A stretch of 62,721 nucleotides of DNA from Arenicellales bacterium (GTDB taxonomy: Bacteria; Pseudomonadota; Gammaproteobacteria; Arenicellales; JAOTWM01): NCBI GenBank assembly GCA_964194565.1, contig CAXMMZ010000155.1:1-62721 (forward strand), given 5' to 3'. The position numbers and the translations under genes are program-made. This document shows positions 42,573 through 52,522 of the stretch, one piece after another (position 1 is the stretch's first letter; the number at the start of each line of letters is the position of its first letter). The notes beneath the pieces were generated by a model. The model had not been told where the DNA came from and made no database searches. It saw nothing but the letters and a program-made list of their open reading frames with translations.

Positions 42573-44474
42573 TTAACCCGCACCGACATCGGCCAAAGCC
42601 GGTTGATCCACCAACATGGCCTCGGATCGGTACTCCGGCACTGCGCGCTTAATCAGCTCCTCGATTTTCTGAAAATCGTAACTCTGACACGCCTGGCTAA
42701 GCTCTAAGCAAATGCGATTGACCGTCTCCACGTGAACCCCGCGGGTTTGGGCCAATAATATCTTTTCATAACCCGTATCGGTAAACGCTTCTTCCGAATG
42801 AAACAGTTGCTCAGCCAGTTTTTCACCCGGCCGTAAGCCCGTATAGACAATATCGATGTCTTCACCGGGCGTTTTGCCTGAAAGACGTATCATTTGCCGC
42901 GCCAAATACGATATCTTAATGGGTTCACCCATATTGAGCACGTAGATTTCACTTCCCCGTCCGATAACCGACGCCTGTAAAATCAATTGACTCGCTTCAG
43001 CAACGGTCATGAAGTACCGAGTCACATCAGGATCGGTAACCGTCACCGGTCCACCCGCTTCGATCTGTTTCCGGAATAGCGGCACGACACTCCCAGCCGA
43101 ACCCAATACATTGCCGAAACGCACGGTGACGAATCGAGTCGCCGATACAGTGCTCAGTGCCTGACATACTATCTCGGCGACCCGCTTGCTGGCACCCATC
43201 ATACTGGTCGGATTGACGGCCTTATCGGTTGATATCAGCACAAATGCTTCACAACCGAACTGATCAGCGGAACGGGCGACGAGCTCAGTACCGAGCACGT
43301 TATTCTTTACCGACTCTCGGCTCTGCTCTTCCAACAACGGTACGTGTTTATAAGCAGCTGCGTGAAATACTACGTCCGGCTGATATTTTCCAAAAACGTG
43401 CTGCACGGCCTCACGATCACAAACATCACCGAGTAGTGGATCGAAATTTAGGGCAGGATATTCCCGTTCTAAATCCAGTGCTGCACTGTATAAATTAAAT
43501 TCACTTTGTTCCAACAAGATAAGTCTCTGGGGCTGTACTCGCGCCAATTGTTTGCACAGCTCACTACCTATCGAGCCACCGCCGCCCGTCACTAGAATAC
43601 GCTTTCCTTTCAAACCGTTAGCGATCATTTCCCAATCTAATCGCACCTGTTGTCGACCCAACAAATCGTCGATTTCAACTGCCTTTAACTGTGCCGTACT
43701 GGCGCTACCACCGACAATTTCGTGTAACTTAGGTAGGGTCTGAAACTGCGTTCCAGAGCGTTCACACCACTCCACAACACGTTGCATCTGTTTTGCGGTG
43801 GCGCTCGGCAATGCAATGAGAATCAGATCGATGTTCCACTTTTCGCTCAACAGCGGAATTGTTGCGCAATCTCCGAAGACTCGGATTCCATGTAACTCAT
43901 TCCCCAACTTGGCGGGATCGTCATCCACGAAACCGACTGGCACGTAGACCCGTGGTGTGGCCCGTAACAGATCCCGAACCAACAGATCCCCCGCAGCACC
44001 GGCACCCACCACCAGCGCTTTTCTCTCGACTTCTCTACTTAAGTGGCGATCTTTCGCAAGGCGATATAACAACCGCGGTCCGCCTACTAGAATCACCAAG
44101 AAGAGACCGTGCAGAACGAATACTGAACGCGGTACATATTGCAATCGCGTCAGAAAAAAGATTGCGACCGCCACCATTATCGTGCCGATAAATACCGCTT
44201 TCACTATACGCACCAAGTCCGGGACCGAAATAAAGCGCCAAACTCCACGGTGCACACCGAACACCCAAAATGTCGCGGTATGAATTACCATAACAATTGG
44301 GGTAAGAAGTAGCGCCTGATTCAGAAAAACGCTGGGGATGTCGGTCAGGTTGTAGCGAAACCAGTACGCCAGCAGCCAGGCTGCCGGCATCATGACGACA
44401 TCGTGGAGTAAAATTACCCATCGACCTCGGATACCGGATAACTGATCGCGCAACTGCGCAAAAAGGCTATTCAT
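42573..44474 (-). CDS. membrane-anchored nucleotide-sugar 4,6-dehydratase (CapD/WbpM/PglF family)
   Basis: 633 aa. 4-5 N-terminal TM helices, then two Rossmann regions (ALVVGAGAAGDL; ILVTGGGGSIGSEL) and ...AAAYKHVP. Confidence 0.85.
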   Translation of the reverse strand: MNSLFAQLRDQLSGIRGRWVILLHDVVMMPAAWLLAYWFRYNLTDIPSVFLNQALLLTPIVMVIHTATFWVFGVHRGVWRFISVPDLVRIVKAVFIGTIMVAVAIFFLTRLQYVPRSVFVLHGLFLVILVGGPRLLYRLAKDRHLSREVERKALVVGAGAAGDLLVRDLLRATPRVYVPVGFVDDDPAKLGNELHGIRVFGDCATIPLLSEKWNIDLILIALPSATAKQMQRVVEWCERSGTQFQTLPKLHEIVGGSASTAQLKAVEIDDLLGRQQVRLDWEMIANGLKGKRILVTGGGGSIGSELCKQLARVQPQRLILLEQSEFNLYSAALDLEREYPALNFDPLLGDVCDREAVQHVFGKYQPDVVFHAAAYKHVPLLEEQSRESVKNNVLGTELVARSADQFGCEAFVLISTDKAVNPTSMMGASKRVAEIVCQALSTVSATRFVTVRFGNVLGSAGSVVPLFRKQIEAGGPVTVTDPDVTRYFMTVAEASQLILQASVIGRGSEIYVLNMGEPIKISYLARQMIRLSGKTPGEDIDIVYTGLRPGEKLAEQLFHSEEAFTDTGYEKILLAQTRGVHVETVNRICLELSQACQSYDFQKIEELIKRAVPEYRSEAMLVDQPALADVGAG

Positions 44475-44582
44475 AACTCGATTCGTTTCTCTGCGAGGCT
44501 AGCCATCAGAACCGGCTCGATTCTGCGCGATTCGATGGTCCCAGAGCAAGCAGTGCCCGAGCTTCGCGATTCCCGAATTAGC

Positions 44583-45605
44583 CTACCCATGTGCGTTCGG
44601 ACCGCAACGGCGCAATGCCACGGCCAACCCCATAATTGCGAGCACCACAATCGCTGCGACCGGCCAGGCGATTCGAGGACTAAACCGGAATGCGTCGCAG
44701 GTAGCCAGTACGGCCAATATCAGGTTCGCAACCAAAACCGCAACACTAACTTGGCCGTGTGACCACGACGCCTGTACGGCGCGCTGGTAGAAATGCGTGC
44801 GGTGCGCACGCGATATGTTTTCGCCACGCAGTAACCGTCGCGCCAAGGTCAGCGTCGCATCGCCAATAAATACACCGAATAGAATTATATACGCCGTCAT
44901 CGGTATTTTATATGTGACAACCCCCACCACTCCGATGATGCCAAACAGACCGCCGAGGGCGAGGCTTCCGACATCCCCTAAGAAAATCGAGGCTGGATAC
45001 CAGTTATACTTCAAAAATCCCAGCAAAGCGCCAAATACGATCGCTGTACATAATGCAATGTCATAAGCACCCAGAGCGACGAACCAAACACACAGTGTCC
45101 CGGCGCCGACAATACCTTGAACTGTTGCCAACCCATCGATGCCGTCCATAAAATTGTACAAGTTGGTCATCCAAACGATCCAAATACCCGCTACCAGATA
45201 ACCAAGTACGCCGGGGGTTATGAGTAGGCCGCCGATATCGATTTCCCGTATTGGGGAAATGGCATAGATAGCTACTAACGCGGCCAGTAGCTGCACCGCT
45301 AAGCGCACCGCCACACTGAGATTTCGACGATCGTCAATCCATCCGAGAGTCGCAAGGCCTACAATTGATAACCCGACAGCTGGCCAAATTCCCACAACAT
45401 CAATTGCTAGGTAGGTAATTCCGGCCAATACAATTGCAACCACCGCGATTCCTCCACCCGTTGGGGTCGCGGTATCATGCGAACTGCGCGCATCCGGCAC
45501 ATCCAACCATGAAACCCGAATCGAGTAGTTCCGAACCCATCGCGTCAGAAAATACCCGCACAACCACGCTACCAAGGCGGCGGTAATCAGACCTGCGATA
45601 TTCAT
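44583..45605 (-). CDS. polyprenyl-phosphate HexNAc-1-phosphate transferase (GT4, WecA/WbpL/MraY family)
   Basis: Multi-TM protein with the motif NLYNFMDGIDGLA. The ATG at 45605 gives 340 aa and a 35-nt gap after the upstream gene; the ORF track extends to 45728. It lies immediately upstream of the WbpM-like gene, as in P. aeruginosa wbpL-wbpM. Confidence 0.85.
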   Translation of the reverse strand: MNIAGLITAALVAWLCGYFLTRWVRNYSIRVSWLDVPDARSSHDTATPTGGGIAVVAIVLAGITYLAIDVVGIWPAVGLSIVGLATLGWIDDRRNLSVAVRLAVQLLAALVAIYAISPIREIDIGGLLITPGVLGYLVAGIWIVWMTNLYNFMDGIDGLATVQGIVGAGTLCVWFVALGAYDIALCTAIVFGALLGFLKYNWYPASIFLGDVGSLALGGLFGIIGVVGVVTYKIPMTAYIILFGVFIGDATLTLARRLLRGENISRAHRTHFYQRAVQASWSHGQVSVAVLVANLILAVLATCDAFRFSPRIAWPVAAIVVLAIMGLAVALRRCGPNAHG

Positions 45606-45640
45606 TACAGCTATATGGGACCCAATGCCGGGGTTATCGA

Positions 45641-47464
45641 TTACGGCGAGCGAATTGTCCCAATCGACAACGAAAACGGCCGTGGAGAAAACCCACAATC
45701 TGTAATAAAGCGGTCGTTCTTGAAACACAGATCTTCATTGACACGATCCGCCATGGATGCGGTTAGGTGTCGGAAACCAGGCAGGTACCCGAGGATTCCT
45801 AATGCGATTCGTAGCGAGTTTATCGGAACTGAGACAAAGCGAGCGCGATAGCCGGCGGCCTGGGCGATGGCCACCACCATCTCACGATAACTTAAGGTCT
45901 GACCACCGCCAATATTGTAGACCTTACCATAGGACTGATTAGAGTTTAGGGCCGCCACGCAAGCGTCGCCAACATCGTCGGCATGAATCGGCTGTCGTAA
46001 ACCCGTGCTACACCCCGGCAATGGGAATCTTGGTAGCCATTTTAAAAGCTTTGCGATCGTCACTACATTTTTGTCGTTCACGCCGTCGAAAATCATCGTG
46101 GTGCGCAGCACCGTATACTCGATATCGAACAAGCTGCAGAAACGCGCAATATATCGCTCGCCGTCCTCAAGCGCCCCAACGATTTCTAATTCATGGCGGT
46201 TAGAGCTTGCGCGTTTTGTCAATACGCTTGTTGAACTCAACGCAACGATCCGTTTCACACCGAGACGTTTCGCCTTCATCAAAACCATCGGTAAAATCCA
46301 AACCGGCGCCGTATTGATTAACACCGTAACTCGCACAAAGTCAGCATCCGGCACCTTTTCGAAATATTCCATTGGAATAAACCAGTCGCGTTCGCGATTG
46401 GCATGGGCGGAAACCTGCCTACCCACTGCAATAACATTCCAACCTGCATCACGCAACTGCGATCGAAGCCGCGCCCCCACCATACTGCTCGCACCGAACA
46501 ACAACAACGTTCGATCACCATTATCTTGCACTGGAACACCGGCCGACCGAGACTCCGAGCCCGCATGCGGTTGAGAATATGGTCTTAGCACCGCGCTCAG
46601 TCCATGCGCAACTGCGACTGCGACGAACCGCGCAATTATACCGACACCAACTAAAAACATAGTCAATCTGGAGTGCACCGGTCTCTGAAATTTTTGATAA
46701 TACCGCCACATACCACGATGCTTATGCCACGCGACACGCAGCGGAGCCGATCGGCTCGAGACACCTTTATAATGCACAACAGATATGTTTGGAGCGAACA
46801 CCACGTTATATCCGGCTTCACGTACCCGCCGACATAAATCTAGGTCCTCGCAATGCAAGAAATAATTCTCGTCCATAGCACCAATCGCCGAAAATATTTC
46901 GCGCTTGATAACAAGGAACGATCCGGAAACAGCGTCTACCAGTATCGGCGTCTTGGGCAACGGTTCACGGTGCTGATTTAGTGGCCCCGACCCGCTAAGC
47001 AATGGAATTCGGTCGATTACCAAAAATCGTCGGAGACTCCTCGATAATGACGGCTCGCGTCGACGGCTCCCGCTTTGCTCGCGACCGTCGGCACCAAAAA
47101 TTAGCACCCCAACGATCCCCGCGCCCGGATAGTCATCGAACACACGTATTGTCGACTGCAAAGTATGACGTTGAATTACGCAATCCGGGTTAAGCAATAC
47201 CAGATAGTCTCCAGTCGCATGCGTAGCTCCGACATTTACCGCTGCGGAGAATCCAATGTTGCCGTCATTGCGCACGATTTCGCAATGGCTGCGCGTCGCC
47301 ATGATTTCTGCAATCTGTTGCAGGCTGGAATCGGTCGACCCGTTATCTACTACAATTATCTGCGGATCACCGCTCGCCGCTAGCACCGACTCCACGCAAT
47401 CGCGCAACACCGCACCGGCATTATAGTTAACAATAATAACCGAAGTCGGTAACGGCTCAGACAT
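45641..47464 (-). CDS. fusion protein: GT2 glycosyltransferase + TM helix + atypical SDR/Rossmann domain
   Basis: 607 aa. The GT2 half carries VIIVNYNAG, VVDNGSTDSS, LLNPDC and CEDLDLCRR. A TM helix MFLVGVGIIARFVAVAVAHGLSAVL follows. The C-terminal half carries LLLFGASSMVGARL, ALSSTSV, LRTTMIFDG and HADDVGDA. Confidence 0.75.
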   Translation of the reverse strand: MSEPLPTSVIIVNYNAGAVLRDCVESVLAASGDPQIIVVDNGSTDSSLQQIAEIMATRSHCEIVRNDGNIGFSAAVNVGATHATGDYLVLLNPDCVIQRHTLQSTIRVFDDYPGAGIVGVLIFGADGREQSGSRRREPSLSRSLRRFLVIDRIPLLSGSGPLNQHREPLPKTPILVDAVSGSFLVIKREIFSAIGAMDENYFLHCEDLDLCRRVREAGYNVVFAPNISVVHYKGVSSRSAPLRVAWHKHRGMWRYYQKFQRPVHSRLTMFLVGVGIIARFVAVAVAHGLSAVLRPYSQPHAGSESRSAGVPVQDNGDRTLLLFGASSMVGARLRSQLRDAGWNVIAVGRQVSAHANRERDWFIPMEYFEKVPDADFVRVTVLINTAPVWILPMVLMKAKRLGVKRIVALSSTSVLTKRASSNRHELEIVGALEDGERYIARFCSLFDIEYTVLRTTMIFDGVNDKNVVTIAKLLKWLPRFPLPGCSTGLRQPIHADDVGDACVAALNSNQSYGKVYNIGGGQTLSYREMVVAIAQAAGYRARFVSVPINSLRIALGILGYLPGFRHLTASMADRVNEDLCFKNDRFITDCGFSPRPFSLSIGTIRSP

Positions 47465-48485
47465 GTTTTCGCCGGTACGGTTTCAGCAGGCCGCGCGCCA
47501 TTACGCCGCGAAGATCCTGAACGGAAGCCTCGCGAGTTCTCTGCACCGCCGCCCGCCTGCGAAGTATAGCTGGCAATCCGCGCACGGCGTCGATTTTCGC
47601 GCTGAGGATCGTGCGCAATTGCCCGCGTGTGCCGTAATACACGATGGTCATGATATTTAAGATAAAATGTTGTGGAAGATAGCGCCACAGCAACGATGGC
47701 GGCATATTCTTGAAAAAACTCCACACCAGATTGCGGTGACCGTGATAGATGGAAAAATCACTGCGCCGGCCAGTTATCGCAGAGCCGATATGGAACACCA
47801 CTGCATTGCTTACGGCTTGGCATCGATATCCTGCGAGCCGCAATCGGAAACCCAAGTCAACATCTTCAAAATAACAGAAAAATGACTCATCAAAACCACC
47901 CAGCTCCGATATCACCTGTCGATTGTAGAATGCCGCAGCTGCACACGGCGCAAATATCTCCCTATCTATACTGTCGATTGCCGTCGTCGGCTCGCCATGA
48001 TTACGGCGCCACGCCAAGCCAGAAACATGGTAGTCGTCGCCAATTCCGTCTAGTCGGTTACGATCTGCGTCGTCAATCATTTGTGACCCAAGTCCAGCGA
48101 CGGAAGGATATTTGTTGACCGCCACCACCATCGTCTCTATCCACCGCTCTGTGGGAAACGCGTCTGGGTTAACCGATGCAATCCATGCATAATTTGCCGC
48201 TTCGGCGACGCCGCGATTAAGGGCGGCAGCAAAACCGGTATTTTCCCCCAGCTGCAGTATTGTGATGTTGGAGAATTCTTCTTCGATCGCAGCGAGCGAG
48301 CCATCAGTGCTACCGTTATCAACGACGATGATCGAGCCCGGCGCCGCACTCTGCGCGATCAAAGATTGCAGACACCGGGTTAATAGGGCACCACCATTCC
48401 AATTCACCACCACCACAGCAACGTCGACACTTGCAATCATGTGCCGTTGAAAAATCCCCGATTCATATACTTTTGTTGGCGGCAT
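47457..48485 (-). CDS. GT2 glycosyltransferase (WbbL/rhamnosyltransferase-like)
   Basis: VAVVVVNWNGGALL, IIVVDNGSTDGS, VNPDAFP, and FCYFEDVDLGFRL. It is a paralogue of the GT2 half of the downstream fusion and overlaps it by 8 nt. The start is 48485 or 48440. Confidence 0.8.
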   Translation of the reverse strand: MPPTKVYESGIFQRHMIASVDVAVVVVNWNGGALLTRCLQSLIAQSAAPGSIIVVDNGSTDGSLAAIEEEFSNITILQLGENTGFAAALNRGVAEAANYAWIASVNPDAFPTERWIETMVVAVNKYPSVAGLGSQMIDDADRNRLDGIGDDYHVSGLAWRRNHGEPTTAIDSIDREIFAPCAAAAFYNRQVISELGGFDESFFCYFEDVDLGFRLRLAGYRCQAVSNAVVFHIGSAITGRRSDFSIYHGHRNLVWSFFKNMPPSLLWRYLPQHFILNIMTIVYYGTRGQLRTILSAKIDAVRGLPAILRRRAAVQRTREASVQDLRGVMARGLLKPYRRKHV

Positions 48486-48567
48486 TGGATGTCTTGTCGG
48501 AATTTCCGGAGCACGCAGCCGCTTTATTAGGATTAGGGTCGGACAATCACGTCCTTTCGCCGTACGG

Positions 48568-49527
48568 TCAACCGCGCAGAATTTCACGAATTACATATAT
48601 CGGTTTATTTTGTGCCTCGTGGTAGGTGCGCGTCTGCAGCTCGGCCAGCAATCCCACCGTGATAATTTGTAATCCAGAGAACATCAAAAACACTGCCAAT
48701 AACAACATCGGTCTATCCGCTAATGGCACTTCGAAAAACAGTCTTTCAATAAGCAAATAGGTCGAGAGTAGTAAACCAACCCCGCCAAATGTTAAACCGA
48801 AAACACCAAAAAACTGCAGAGGGCGACTCGAATAGCTGAGCAGGAATTTAACCGTGATCAGGTCGAGAATAACCCGAAATGTTCGCGACAGTCCGTACTT
48901 TGACTGGCCGCTCGTACGGGCCCGGTGGTTCACTTTGACTTCAGCAATTTCCACTCCTATCCAGCTCGCGATGGCGGGGATAAAACGGTGCATCTCACCG
49001 TAGAGTTGAATATTTTCGACTACGTCCCGTCGAAATGCCTTTAACGTACATCCATAGTCATGAAGATTGACGTCAGTCGTGAAAGATATCACTCGATTCG
49101 CGAGTATCGACGGTATCCGGCGCAGCAGCAATGTATCCTGCCGTTTGTGACGCCAACCGCTCACGAGATCGTAACCTTCGCTAATCTTTTGTAATAGAGT
49201 CGGGATATCCTGAGGGTCGTTTTGCCCGTCCGCGTCCATCGTTACGATAATGTCGCCAGATGCTGTGTCAAAGCCAGCCGCTATGGCTGCGGTCTGGCCG
49301 AAATTCCGGCGGAATTTCACCACCACTACGTTCGGATCCGCTTTCTGAATATCGCTAAGTCGTAAGTAGGACTCATCGGTACTGCCGTCATCCACGAATA
49401 TAATTTCGTATTCGTTAGTGCCGGTGCGCATAACGTCACTAATCTCGTTGTATAACGTGTCTATATTGCCCTGTTCGTTGTAAACCGGCAGGACGATCGA
49501 CACCTTTGCATTTTTCTCGCTATTCAT
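48568..49527 (-). CDS. polyprenyl-phosphate glycosyltransferase (GT2, GtrB/ArnC/DPM1-like)
   Basis: 319 aa. VSIVLPVYNEQGNI, IIFVDDGSTDES and MDADGQNDP, plus two C-terminal TM helices. Confidence 0.8.
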   Translation of the reverse strand: MNSEKNAKVSIVLPVYNEQGNIDTLYNEISDVMRTGTNEYEIIFVDDGSTDESYLRLSDIQKADPNVVVVKFRRNFGQTAAIAAGFDTASGDIIVTMDADGQNDPQDIPTLLQKISEGYDLVSGWRHKRQDTLLLRRIPSILANRVISFTTDVNLHDYGCTLKAFRRDVVENIQLYGEMHRFIPAIASWIGVEIAEVKVNHRARTSGQSKYGLSRTFRVILDLITVKFLLSYSSRPLQFFGVFGLTFGGVGLLLSTYLLIERLFFEVPLADRPMLLLAVFLMFSGLQIITVGLLAELQTRTYHEAQNKPIYVIREILRG

Positions 49528-49615
49528 AATTTGTTTCCTAAGACCGACTTGTGCTCTGCAGCACCTGCCAACGCCGTATGTATATCGAGCGACTCAGTGT
49601 CGCCATTCGTTGCGG

Positions 49616-50935
49616 TCAACCAATCCAGTCATTCAACACATTGATGACGCCATGGTCGAATGTGACATCCCACGACGTCGCCCAGTTTACTTGCGAGTTC
49701 GCAATCCGGCGATCATAATCGTGTACGCGCACTGCAGCTTCGCGCAATTCCTTCATCACTCCGTCGATAGTGGGTCTGGCGGCGAGAATATTTCCGGAAA
49801 TTGACTGTAGTTCTACGTGGGTTTTGTTTAGGCATTCGTTGGTGACTACGATCGCTCCAGCCGCCGCCATTTCGAGCGGTAATAAACTCGGGTGCGGCGT
49901 ATACATGAGGCTCAATCCAATATCATACTGCGGCAATAAAGCGCGATACGTATCAAGATCAACCTTTCCTAACATCTTCAAGATATTCTCGTGTGGTAGC
50001 GGAATATCGCCATGCGAACTTCCTATACCGTGAAATTCCCAATCACCACCAAATATCCCAGCTTCAATTGACGCGGCTAAGGCTTGGTAACCAATTTCAA
50101 ACATATTCCGTGTCGCGTGGCTTTCGGGTCGAGAATAGAACAAGAGCTTCGCTGGTCTGCGCTCAGACAGTGTTAACTCGTTGCCGGCGTAACTAATGAT
50201 AGCGTTCTCAAACGAGACGGTCTGATCCTCTGCGTATCGTGTCGCGCCAAAGTTGTACCCAATTTTGTTACGCCGAAAATAATCACGAAGAAGCTCCGTC
50301 GAGAACAACCCCCGATGGGGGAGATCATACGACGCGTGGGCCTGGGCGAAATACGATCCCATAGGAAATGTAAACGGTTCGTACTCCTGAATAAGGTATA
50401 TAAACTGGTCCTGATTAAGGTGCGACAACGCCGCATCTGCTATAAATGCCGTCCACCAAGTCGTCGCCACAAAAGCATCGCCAGGATTAACCGCCAACGG
50501 CACACTCCTATCGAAATGGTAGCCGACCTCGACCGACTCGAATATTCCACCCAACCCCTCGTAAGCCGATACCATATCGCGCCATCTCGGCATATCGACA
50601 TTACATTGATCGACGATCACGAATCGTACGCGACGACCGCTAGCCACCATTTTAAGGGCAAGGTTGAACTTCGCAATGTAGCCCCCGTAAAAATTATCGA
50701 AATTAATTTCAGGAAGCAGAATGTTGACCCGCTCATCTTCCTCTACATCCACCTGTAAGCTCAACGCCGCAGTTTTCGTTTGAATTCGATTCAGGACTTC
50801 GATGTTGTAATACGACTCCCTGGCCCGACGTAGGACGGCCCGCAAAGGAATTGTCAGTCTTGACCGCGCAAGCATGACGACGGTTTTCGCAAACAACTTA
50901 GACACCCGCATCAGCCCTCGGCGTATGCCGACCAA
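49616..50935 (-). CDS. putative GT-B fold glycosyltransferase (GT4/WsaF-like)
   Basis: 439 aa. ...FYGGYIAKFNLALKM..., LLFYSRPESHATRNMFEIG, and a C-terminal ...PSLLPLEMAAAGAIVVTNE that resembles the GT4 E-x7-E region. Assignment is by motif resemblance only. Confidence 0.5.
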   Translation of the reverse strand: MVGIRRGLMRVSKLFAKTVVMLARSRLTIPLRAVLRRARESYYNIEVLNRIQTKTAALSLQVDVEEDERVNILLPEINFDNFYGGYIAKFNLALKMVASGRRVRFVIVDQCNVDMPRWRDMVSAYEGLGGIFESVEVGYHFDRSVPLAVNPGDAFVATTWWTAFIADAALSHLNQDQFIYLIQEYEPFTFPMGSYFAQAHASYDLPHRGLFSTELLRDYFRRNKIGYNFGATRYAEDQTVSFENAIISYAGNELTLSERRPAKLLFYSRPESHATRNMFEIGYQALAASIEAGIFGGDWEFHGIGSSHGDIPLPHENILKMLGKVDLDTYRALLPQYDIGLSLMYTPHPSLLPLEMAAAGAIVVTNECLNKTHVELQSISGNILAARPTIDGVMKELREAAVRVHDYDRRIANSQVNWATSWDVTFDHGVINVLNDWIG

Positions 50936-50962
50936 ATAGATACCGAGTCGGCTGCCACCCGG

Positions 50963-52423
50963 CTAACCACTATGTGCGCGTCCGCATCGCCGCTGCGCCA
51001 ACCTCGCCACGGCAAATCCCATGCCCAAACGAAGTTCGGCGTCGTCAGTAGTGTGACGTAATACGATGATCTTGACGTGCAGTACGAACAATCTAAGCGT
51101 CGATATAATTCCGCCCTTGTAAAGGTTTAATTCCGCACGTTTACCCTTAGGAATATCGGCACAACGTAGCTGAATCACATGCGCCATGAGCTGTATTCGG
51201 CGGCATTCGTACCGGTATACCGTTAAAGATACATTATATATCCTAACCAATTCGGCTTTTAGTCGGGCAGGCGCTATGAATCCGCTAATCGAACCGATCG
51301 TCGCAGCAATACGCTGAACCAGAGTTGGTGTCTCGAAATTACAATGACCAATAACACTGCTACCGTGCTGAACATAATCATAAAGTGTCGACGACACATA
51401 TCCGATCTTACCTTTCGATAATGCGACACAGGCAATCCAATGATCATGAAAAGCATCGCCTATCCGGATCGGGAACGGCAAGATGAAATCCAGCAACCGC
51501 CGTCGGAATAATGACGCAGCTCCGGTCACGGTGTTTGCCAGCAGCATCAATTGCAGCTGTTCATAGTAGTTTTTCCGCTGTTGCCAATAGGTCGGTGAAA
51601 TTTCCCGGCCGTCGTCACCGACAATGCGCATGTCACTATATACCAGCTCAACTCCGGTCTCGAAGCCACTGATCAGAGCCGCAAGTTTTTGCGGATACCA
51701 ATAATCGTCCTGATCGGCGAGTGCGACCCATTCGACAGGAGTTGGAACATAACCCAATGCGCGTTCGAAATTTCCGTAAAACCCAAGGTTTGACTGGTGT
51801 AACTGCAAACACAGTCGTTCGTCTTGAGCACATTTCTCCGTTAACATATGCTGCGATTGCGGATTCGATGCATCATCACAGACGATACAAATCCAGTCTC
51901 GAAATGACTGCGACAAGATCGATTGCAATTGTCGTTCAAACGCTTCCGGTTCGGGGTTGTAGGTCGCCATGCAAATGGCGACTCGCGCGGATCGATGCCC
52001 GGCGACAGCTGGAAATTCGATAGTCTTATTGGCCCATTTTGTGACTATGGTCTCTCCTAACACGACATCACGTGAGGTATCATTCGCCAACAATACATGC
52101 AAAGTCACCACACACGGACGTTGCTCTGGGGTCTGAGATAGATCAGCAAGCCCCACAAAGTCGGTCTGTGCGCCAGCACCGCGCCCACGCCTGAAACAGA
52201 GCAACTCACAGGCCGATTCTCCGATACTCAATTCCAGCCCGACGACGTCAGAGTCCGGGTGCGAACAAACACCGTACACGGGTAGGCAGTTACCCAAACC
52301 GACCGCGAGCAATTCTGGAATGGGTTGATCTAACTGGACGTCGATCCGATCGACAGGCAGCCCCCTCTGATCCCCCGTAGACGGCAGCGAAGTATTGCGC
52401 AAAGCCTCATTCATTTTAAGCAC
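50963..52423 (-). CDS. GT2 glycosyltransferase with an unassigned ~150-aa N-terminal domain
   Basis: 486 aa. The GT2 core starts at VAICMATYNPEPEAFERQLQSILSQS...CDDAS. I recognise no motif in the first ~150 aa. The start is GTG 52423 or ATG 52414. Confidence 0.7.
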   Translation of the reverse strand: MLKMNEALRNTSLPSTGDQRGLPVDRIDVQLDQPIPELLAVGLGNCLPVYGVCSHPDSDVVGLELSIGESACELLCFRRGRGAGAQTDFVGLADLSQTPEQRPCVVTLHVLLANDTSRDVVLGETIVTKWANKTIEFPAVAGHRSARVAICMATYNPEPEAFERQLQSILSQSFRDWICIVCDDASNPQSQHMLTEKCAQDERLCLQLHQSNLGFYGNFERALGYVPTPVEWVALADQDDYWYPQKLAALISGFETGVELVYSDMRIVGDDGREISPTYWQQRKNYYEQLQLMLLANTVTGAASLFRRRLLDFILPFPIRIGDAFHDHWIACVALSKGKIGYVSSTLYDYVQHGSSVIGHCNFETPTLVQRIAATIGSISGFIAPARLKAELVRIYNVSLTVYRYECRRIQLMAHVIQLRCADIPKGKRAELNLYKGGIISTLRLFVLHVKIIVLRHTTDDAELRLGMGFAVARLAQRRCGRAHSG

Positions 52424-52522
52424 ACGCCAGCCGTTCTCACCCTAGCCCGGATAATTCATGAAGGGATCGGACTTCAAGGGAAATCAATGAAGGTAAGGTC
52501 TCATGTACTCGCTGGGGCGGAG

